Shown: positions 20,219 to 26,668 of the stretch, in pieces
Layout of the letters: each line of letters opens with the position of its first letter
Position numbering within the stretch: the first letter of the stretch is position 1
Assembly: GCA_013816415.1 (NCBI GenBank)
Contig: JACDEN010000001.1
Coordinates: forward strand, 1-26,668
DNA: 26,668 nucleotides
Reading direction: 5' to 3'
DNA from: Planctomycetota bacterium
GTDB taxonomy: Bacteria; Planctomycetota; UBA11346
Translations under genes and position numbers: made by a program
Notes under the pieces: generated by a model
Seen by the model: the letters and a program-made list of their open reading frames with translations, nothing else
Database searches by the model: none
Told to the model about the DNA's origin: nothing

Positions 20219-22264
20219 ATGCGATCGTTCCCATCCTGGATCGTCTGCGTGCTCGCATGTGGGATCTCGCTTCCTGCTGCCGCCGAATCGTCGCCGGTTC
20301 CGGACAAGGTCGCGCCTGCGATCGATCAAGCCATCGACGCGGTCTATCCTGCCCTGGTGCAGATCTGGGTGCTCTCTCCCAGCCATGACAATGGACGCGA
20401 GCGCAAATACCAGGCTTCGGGAAGCGGAGCGATCATCTCATCCGAAGGTCACGTCATCACCAACCACCATGTCGCCGGCAAGGCCGTCGACATCAGGTGC
20501 GTCCTCGCCACCAAGGAGGAGGTCCCCGCGCGGCTCATCGGCACCGATGCGCTTGCCGTCATCGCCGTCATCAAGCTCGATCTCTCGCATCGGCCGAAGG
20601 GGGCCACCCTGCCGGTCGCGCATTTCGGCAGTTCCGAAGCGATCAAGATCGGCGACCCGGTGCTCGCGATGGGGTGTCCGCTCGCCATCTCGCAATCGGT
20701 CACCCGCGGGATCGTGTCCAACAAGGACATGATGATGTCGCGCTTCGAGTCCCAGGGTTTCGAGCTCGATGGCGAGAATGTCGGCTCGACCGTGAAATGG
20801 ATCGGCCATGACGCGGTGATCTTCCCGGGCAACTCCGGCGGACCGCTGGTGGACCTCGGCGGCTCCATCGTCGGCATCAACGAGATCGGCATGGGTCTTG
20901 GGGGCGCCATTCCAGGCGACCTCGCGAAGAATGTCGCCGAGCAGATCATCGCCCACGGCAAGGTCACCCGCGCGTGGATCGGAGCCGGCTTCCATCCGCT
21001 GCTCAAGGACGGGGTCGGACCGGATCACGGCGTGCTGGTGTCGAGCATCATCCCCGCGTCGCCCGCCGAACGCGGGGGGCTGCAGGTCGGCGATGTGATC
21101 ATGGTCATCGACGACAATCCCGTCTCGGTCCGTTTCGAAGCCGAGCTTCCCGGCTTGACCAACCTCGTCCAATCCAAGGCCATCGGCAAACCGATCGATG
21201 TGCAGGTCCTGCGCGGCGAAAAAGAGGTGCGGCTATCGCTGGTACCGGAGTCCCGTGACGAGGCACGCGGCAAGGAGGTCGAGGCCAAGGAGTGGGGTCT
21301 GACCGTCCGCCGGCTAACCGTCATGGAGGCGAAGTTCCTGCAGCGACCCGACACTCGGGGCATCCTCGTCGGGAGCGTCCGGCCGGGGGGCCCAGCGAAC
21401 CGCGCCGTTCCCGATCTGCGCGACAACGACGTGATCACCGAAGTGGGCGGCAAGCCGGTGGACTCGCTCGAGGCCTTCCAGGCCCTGACCGCGGCCATCG
21501 TCAAGGATGCGAAGGATCCGGTCGCGACCACCGTCAGGTTCGATCGCGAAAACGAACACGAACTGACCGTCGTCGAAATCGGGATCCGCCGCCAGCAGGA
21601 TCCACCGGCGGCCGCGCGCAAATCCTGGCTTCCGGTGGCGACCCAGGTGCTGTCGCCCAAGCTCGCTACGGCGCTGGATCTCAAGGGCAAGAAGGGCGTG
21701 CGCGTGACGCAGGTGTATCCTGAGAGCGTCGCCGCGGAGGCCGGATTCCAGGTCGGCGACATCATCACGCACATCGACGATCTGCCGATCGAGGCGTCGA
21801 GCCCGCAGGACTCGCAGGTCTTCGAGGGAATGGTCCGCGCCTACAAGCCGGAAACGCGGGCTGAATTCACCGTCATCCGCGACGGAAAGCCGACGAAGGT
21901 CGGCGTGACCCTGACCGCTGCGCCCAAGCAGGAGAACGAGCAGAAGGTCTACGAGGACATCACCTTCGAATTCAAGGTCCGCGACATCTCCTACCTCGAC
22001 CGCGTGAAGCATCGCTGGGCGAAGGAGGAGTCGGGCGCACTGGTGATCGAGGTCGAGTCTGGCGGCTGGGCAGCCGTGGCGACCCTGCAGGCCGGCGATC
22101 TGATCAAGGCCATCGATGGCCACCCAGTCGCGGATGCGAAGGATCTCGAGTCACGCATGAAACCGATCGCCGACAAGCACGCCACCCACGTCACCGTGCT
22201 GGTGAAACGCGGAATCCAGACCGCCTTCATCGAACTCCAGCCCGCCTGGCCCGATCAGCACTGA
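20219..22264 (+). CDS. HtrA/DegP-family periplasmic serine protease with four PDZ domains; catalytic Asp position reads Val
   Basis: Signal peptide; GSGAII, TNHHV (H84), GTDALAVIAVIK (V114 at the Asp site), IFPGNSGGPL (S206); four PDZ-like units containing GDVI/NDVI/GDII/GDLI. Confidence 0.92.
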   Translation: MRSFPSWIVCVLACGISLPAAAESSPVPDKVAPAIDQAIDAVYPALVQIWVLSPSHDNGRERKYQASGSGAIISSEGHVITNHHVAGKAVDIRCVLATKEEVPARLIGTDALAVIAVIKLDLSHRPKGATLPVAHFGSSEAIKIGDPVLAMGCPLAISQSVTRGIVSNKDMMMSRFESQGFELDGENVGSTVKWIGHDAVIFPGNSGGPLVDLGGSIVGINEIGMGLGGAIPGDLAKNVAEQIIAHGKVTRAWIGAGFHPLLKDGVGPDHGVLVSSIIPASPAERGGLQVGDVIMVIDDNPVSVRFEAELPGLTNLVQSKAIGKPIDVQVLRGEKEVRLSLVPESRDEARGKEVEAKEWGLTVRRLTVMEAKFLQRPDTRGILVGSVRPGGPANRAVPDLRDNDVITEVGGKPVDSLEAFQALTAAIVKDAKDPVATTVRFDRENEHELTVVEIGIRRQQDPPAAARKSWLPVATQVLSPKLATALDLKGKKGVRVTQVYPESVAAEAGFQVGDIITHIDDLPIEASSPQDSQVFEGMVRAYKPETRAEFTVIRDGKPTKVGVTLTAAPKQENEQKVYEDITFEFKVRDISYLDRVKHRWAKEESGALVIEVESGGWAAVATLQAGDLIKAIDGHPVADAKDLESRMKPIADKHATHVTVLVKRGIQTAFIELQPAWPDQH

Positions 22265-22293
22265 CCTCTTCCCTACACGATCCGAGGAATCCC

Positions 22294-23142
22294 ATGTCCA
22301 TCATCAGCGCCCTCCGTCCCATCCTGCTCATCGTGGCCGCGATCGCCGCGGCGATGGCTGCGGATGATCCGCGCGATGCGGCGCGCGCGCTCGCGGACAA
22401 GGCCAAGAACACCATCGTCTGCGTACGCGTGGTGGTGAAGATGAAGATCGGGATGCAGGGTCAGACCCAGGATCAGGAGCAGAAGGTGGAGGCGAACGGC
22501 ACCGTTATCGATCCCTCCGGCCTGACCGTAGCGAGCGCCTCGGCGCTCGATCCGACGATCATGATCAAGGCGACGCTCAAGAAGCTCGGACAGCAGGCGG
22601 CGATGGTGACCATCGATTCCGAGATCAAGGATACCACGCTGGTCCTCGAGGACGGCACCGAGCTCGAAGGCGACATCGTGCTCAAGGATGCCGATCTCGA
22701 CCTGGCGTTCGTGAAGCCGCGCGAGTCCAAGGCGCCGATGGATGCGGCCTTCCTCGCTGCGCGCAAGGCGCCGGCCCGACTGCTCGAGCCGATCGTCGTG
22801 GTCGGACGCATGGCGAAGTCGGCGAATCACGCCACCTCGGTGACGCTCGGCGAGGTCAAGGCGCTGGTGAAGGGTCCGCAGCCGTTCCTGATCATCGACT
22901 CCGAGACTGCGGCCAACATCGGCTGCCTCGCCTACACCGCCGACGGAGCTCCACTCGGTCTGATCGTCTCCAAATCAGCGACGGCGGAGGAGGACAACGG
23001 CGGCATGCTCGGCATGCTGATGATGATGGGCCATCCCAACGATACCGGCAACCTCACCATCGTGCGTCCGGTCGATGCCATCATCGAACTCGTCGCCCAG
23101 GCCAAGCAGGCGAAGGCGCCGGCCAAGGCCGACGTTCCCTGA
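22294..23142 (+). CDS. Exported trypsin-fold (HtrA-like) protein lacking catalytic His and Ser
   Basis: Signal peptide; NGTVIDPSGLTVAS (no His), LKDADLDLAFVK (Asp kept), NIGCLAYTADGAPLGL in place of GNSGGPL; no PDZ domain. Confidence 0.7.
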   Translation: MSIISALRPILLIVAAIAAAMAADDPRDAARALADKAKNTIVCVRVVVKMKIGMQGQTQDQEQKVEANGTVIDPSGLTVASASALDPTIMIKATLKKLGQQAAMVTIDSEIKDTTLVLEDGTELEGDIVLKDADLDLAFVKPRESKAPMDAAFLAARKAPARLLEPIVVVGRMAKSANHATSVTLGEVKALVKGPQPFLIIDSETAANIGCLAYTADGAPLGLIVSKSATAEEDNGGMLGMLMMMGHPNDTGNLTIVRPVDAIIELVAQAKQAKAPAKADVP

Positions 23143-23218
23143 ACCGCGCCGGGGCCGTGCGGCCTTGCGTCGCACCGGCCGCCGACATCCTCGCGGCTCC
23201 AACCGCCCAGGAGCAGCC

Positions 23219-23413
23219 ATGGCCCGACTCATCACCTCCGATCACCAGGGTCCCATCGAGGTCAAGGTCGGGAACGAGAGCAAGTGGATCTGCATGTGCG
23301 GCCTGTCGAAGAACAAGCCGTTCTGCGACGGATCGCATCGTGCCTGCGCCGGCGAGGAGGCGGGAAAGATCTACACCTACGAGAATGGCAAACGCAGCGA
23401 AGTGACGAAGTAG
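23219..23413 (+). CDS. CDGSH iron-sulfur domain protein (64 aa)
   Basis: WICMCGLSKNKPFCDGSH exact CDGSH motif; AGGAG SD before ATG 23219. Confidence 0.93.
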   Translation: MARLITSDHQGPIEVKVGNESKWICMCGLSKNKPFCDGSHRACAGEEAGKIYTYENGKRSEVTK

Positions 23414-23428
23414 GGTATTCCGCCGTCC

Positions 23429-24595
23429 ATGTCCGTCCGCCGCTGTCTCGCTGTTCTTCCGTGCCTGTGCGCACTGCCTGCCGCGGCCGTGGTCTCGGTC
23501 ACCGACGATTCGCTCAACCTGAGCCTGGGCGCGCAGCTCCAGACCCGGGTCGAACGCGCGACCTCATCCGACGCCAATGGGGGCTATGACACCGTCCTCG
23601 GCCGTCCCGGGTCGAGTGATGTCGCCGATTTCAGCATCCGGCGGGCACGCCTGCTGATTGGCGGCACCTATCAGGCGGTCTACCGCTTCGGGTTGTCGTA
23701 CACCAGCGAAAGCGTCGATGCGCAGGGGTATCAGACATCACGCGGCGCATCCGCATACAAGGCCTGGATCGAACGCGAGTTCTACGGCACCGGTGTCATC
23801 CATGTCGCGCATGCCGGACTCGACTACCCGTTCTACAATCGCGCGGTCGGCGGCGACGCCTTCCATCTCTTTCCCCAGCAGCGTGCGACCGCAGCGCTCC
23901 TGCCGGTGCGGGGAGTCGGCGCGCGCTACAAGCTGATCGGCGACCGCTTCGATTTCGGCATCGATGTCCAGAACACCCTGGATCCGGCGAAGCCGGCTGC
24001 CAACGCCGACAAGGCCGATGGGCTGTTCTGGTCCGGCCGACTCGAGATGTCGCTGCTCGATGGACGCAAGCCGGAGTACCGCGAAAGCTACGTGGGCGAA
24101 GCGCGCGAGAGCGCGCTGCTGGCGCTCGACATCGGCTACGACCAAGCCGACTACGGGACGCCGCTGTTCAGGACCAACACCCTTTGCTACGGGATCGAGG
24201 CCCTGGTCCACGACGGAGGCCTGAGCGGACTCGCCGAGCTGCGCTGGCTGCGATCGCGCGCGGCCTCGACCATCGGTGCCGGAGACGTCGATACCCATCA
24301 GCACGTCTACCTGGTCCAGTTCGGCTACGCCGTGCCGCTCGACGACGGCATGGTGCTCGAGCCGGCGGCCCGCCTGTCGCTGCTCCGGTTCGATACGCCC
24401 GGCGACGAGGTCTATGACACCACCGCCAATCCCGACTCCGAGTGGGGTGGTTCCGGCAGGCAGATCGATCTCGGCCTGAACCTCTACCTGAACCGCCACT
24501 CCAATAAGATCCAGCTGTCCTATTCGCGATGGACCGCCGAATCCGGCGACGGCAAGGCCGACATCGTCCGCCTGCAGCATCAGTTCTTCTTCTGA
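23429..24595 (+). CDS. Outer-membrane beta-barrel porin (OprO/OprP-like)
   Basis: Signal peptide, QLQTR..FSIRRARL motif, alternating amphipathic strands, C-terminal beta-signal RLQHQFFF. Confidence 0.78.
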   Translation: MSVRRCLAVLPCLCALPAAAVVSVTDDSLNLSLGAQLQTRVERATSSDANGGYDTVLGRPGSSDVADFSIRRARLLIGGTYQAVYRFGLSYTSESVDAQGYQTSRGASAYKAWIEREFYGTGVIHVAHAGLDYPFYNRAVGGDAFHLFPQQRATAALLPVRGVGARYKLIGDRFDFGIDVQNTLDPAKPAANADKADGLFWSGRLEMSLLDGRKPEYRESYVGEARESALLALDIGYDQADYGTPLFRTNTLCYGIEALVHDGGLSGLAELRWLRSRAASTIGAGDVDTHQHVYLVQFGYAVPLDDGMVLEPAARLSLLRFDTPGDEVYDTTANPDSEWGGSGRQIDLGLNLYLNRHSNKIQLSYSRWTAESGDGKADIVRLQHQFFF

Positions 24596-24646
24596 TCCGT
24601 CGCGCGCGGATTGCATCCGCGGCGGATGCGGTCACTGTCGGGCACC

Positions 24647-25519
24647 ATGGTCGATCGCTTGACGCGTCGCGGGTTCCTGGTTGGCGGGGCCGTCCTCTTC
24701 ATCACTGGATGCACGCGCAAGGCGACGACCTCGGCCGATCAGGTCGGCTACCGGTCGGCGATCCCTCCGTATCAGGGATCGAAGCGCACCGGCGCGGCCG
24801 CGGGCGGCATCTGGTACAGCGTCGCACCCGGCGACACCTTGTCGTCGATTGCCCGCCGCAGCGCGGTCGACGTCACCGTCATCGCACGAGCGAATGGATT
24901 GTCGGGGCCGCAGCTCCAGCCGGGCAGCCGGCTGTGGCTTCCGGGTGCGAGCACGATGGCCGAGGATGCCCTCACCCAGGGCGACGGTCCCGATGTCGAC
25001 GATCCCGACGCACCGCTCCGCCCGCATCCGGGCACCTACGACCTGGTCAAGCGCGAGGAATGGACGACCGCCCGCATCAAGGGCAACAACTACCTGATGG
25101 GCGGAGTCGACCGCATCACCGTCCACCATACCGGCGAGCATCCCGGCATGGAGGGCATCCCCGAGATCGAAGTGATCCAGCGCATCGAGCGCTATCATCG
25201 CGACGAGCGGCATTGGGCGGCGATCGGCTACCACTATCTCGTCGGCAAGACCGGCAAGGTCTACGAAGGCCGACCGGTGAAATATCAGGGCGCGCACGTC
25301 TCCGGAGCCAACGAGCACAATCTCGGAATCTCGGTCATCGGCGACTTCATGCACCAGCTGCCCAATCCCGAGCAGCTCGGCGCGCTCAAGGCCTTCCTGA
25401 CCGACTCCAGGAACCGCTTCTCGGTCGCGAAGGGCCGCGTGTACGGCCACCGCGAACTGGGCAAGAGCGTCTGTCCCGGCGACGCGCTGTTCGCCTGGGT
25501 CACCGCATATCGAGCCTGA
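24647..25519 (+). CDS. Tat-exported lipoprotein with LysM and N-acetylmuramoyl-L-alanine amidase (Amidase_2/PGRP-like) domains
   Basis: TRRGFL Tat motif and ITGC lipobox; LysM YSVAPGDTLSSIA..LQPGSRLWLP; amidase TVHHT, IGYHYLV, YEGR, GAH, GHRE, SVCPG. ATG 24647 is preferred over 24611. Confidence 0.9.
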   Translation: MVDRLTRRGFLVGGAVLFITGCTRKATTSADQVGYRSAIPPYQGSKRTGAAAGGIWYSVAPGDTLSSIARRSAVDVTVIARANGLSGPQLQPGSRLWLPGASTMAEDALTQGDGPDVDDPDAPLRPHPGTYDLVKREEWTTARIKGNNYLMGGVDRITVHHTGEHPGMEGIPEIEVIQRIERYHRDERHWAAIGYHYLVGKTGKVYEGRPVKYQGAHVSGANEHNLGISVIGDFMHQLPNPEQLGALKAFLTDSRNRFSVAKGRVYGHRELGKSVCPGDALFAWVTAYRA

Positions 25520-25534
25520 TCCGAAGGAGATTCC

Positions 25535-26557
25535 GTGATCGTGCCGCGCGAAACGCTGCAAGTCTTCTTCACCGGCAAGGAACAGGTCGAATTCCGCGCC
25601 GAACCCATCGCGGCTCCGAAGGACGCCGAGGTCCTGGTGCGCGCGACGTGGTCGTTGATCTCCACGGGCACCGAAACCACCGCGTACGCCCGCCGCTTCG
25701 ATCCCGGCACCCACTGGGACAATTGGGTAAAATATCCGTTTTCGACCGGGTACAGCCACGCCGGAGTCGTCGAGGCGGTGGGCCCCGAGGTGAAACGGCT
25801 GAAGGTCGGCGACCGCGTCGCCAGCGGCTGCACACACAAGCAGTTCGCGGTGGCCCATGAGGACGCGTTCTTCGTCATTCCCGACAACGTGAGCGACCGC
25901 GACGCGTCGTGGCTGTCGCTCTCATACGTCGCCCAGAACGGCATCCGCTCGGTCGAGCACGCGCTGGGGGACGATGTGGCGATCGTCGGCATGGGCCCGA
26001 TCGGTCAGCTCGCGGTGCAGTTCGTCCGGCTGCTCGGGGCGCGTGAGATCATCGCCATCGATCCGGTGCTGTCGCGCCTCGAGATGGCCAAGGCGCATGG
26101 GGCGACGCACGGTCTGGCGGTCAACGTCTCCGATGCGCTCGAGCCGATCCAGCGCATCAACGGCGGCCGCCTCTGCGACGTGGTCTATGACATCACCGGC
26201 AACGATCAGGTCTTTTCCGCCATCCAGCAGCTGGTGCGTCGGAAGGGCAAGATCGGTCTCATCGGCGACGCCGGTTCGCCGGCAGGCCAGACGCTGACGT
26301 CTGCGGTGATGGGCAAGAGCCTGCAGATCATCGCCACCCACGGCAGCTGTTCGCCGCAGACGGCCACGGATTGGGCGCACTGGACCAAGGCCAACATGAT
26401 CCTGCTGTTCTTCCGCTATCTCGCCGATGGGCGCATGCGCGTCTCGGACCTGAACACCCACGTGTTCTCGCCGGTCGACTGCAAAGCCGCCTACCACCAG
26501 CTGCTCCACGATCGTGCCGGAACCATGGGCTGCCACTTCGATTGGAGCGCGGTCTAG
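25535..26557 (+). CDS. Medium-chain dehydrogenase/reductase (YcjQ/BchC-like, lacking the canonical Zn-binding Cys)
   Basis: SLISTGTE, GYSHAGVV..VG..LKVGDRV GroES-like domain, GMGPIG Rossmann motif; AAGGAG SD. Confidence 0.88.
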   Translation: MIVPRETLQVFFTGKEQVEFRAEPIAAPKDAEVLVRATWSLISTGTETTAYARRFDPGTHWDNWVKYPFSTGYSHAGVVEAVGPEVKRLKVGDRVASGCTHKQFAVAHEDAFFVIPDNVSDRDASWLSLSYVAQNGIRSVEHALGDDVAIVGMGPIGQLAVQFVRLLGAREIIAIDPVLSRLEMAKAHGATHGLAVNVSDALEPIQRINGGRLCDVVYDITGNDQVFSAIQQLVRRKGKIGLIGDAGSPAGQTLTSAVMGKSLQIIATHGSCSPQTATDWAHWTKANMILLFFRYLADGRMRVSDLNTHVFSPVDCKAAYHQLLHDRAGTMGCHFDWSAV

Positions 26558-26668
26558 CCCGAGCTTCCCCCCGTAAAAGCCGCAAGTCCCTGACGGCACT
26601 CGATTGACCGGCTTATACGTACCCATGTAAATGTAAATAATTAGATTGATTTTATAAGACAACAATTA

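Overview
GC-rich core-chromosome window of a bacterium, most likely a deep-branching, probably uncultured Planctomycetota (PVC) lineage. This assignment rests on 16S signature sites and a short (~108 nt) 5S rRNA. Left part: 5' part of purH (minus strand), an alpha/beta hydrolase, enolase, a CarH/MlrA-like MerR regulator (minus strand), mtnB, a PfkB kinase, a divergent dnaA, a 1225-aa exported TPR protein, recN and an RssC-like STAS protein. Middle: a complete linked rrn operon (16S, tRNA-Ile, tRNA-Ala, 23S, 5S). Right part: a plus-strand envelope-type cluster with a 4-PDZ HtrA, an inactive trypsin-fold paralog, a CDGSH Fe-S protein, a porin, a Tat-lipoprotein LysM amidase and an MDR dehydrogenase. 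I see no mobile element, CRISPR array or defence system. The most unusual signals are: (1) an HtrA with Val in place of the catalytic Asp, next to a pseudoprotease; (2) the TPR protein, with two equal-length duplicated modules separated by a ~310-aa charged helical rod; (3) a (GTTCA)10 microsatellite fused to a boxA-like site in the rRNA spacer; (4) a 35-aa leader ORF overlapping the start of a non-canonical dnaA; (5) several operator-like palindromes. All family calls come from manual motif recognition, and no database searches were run.
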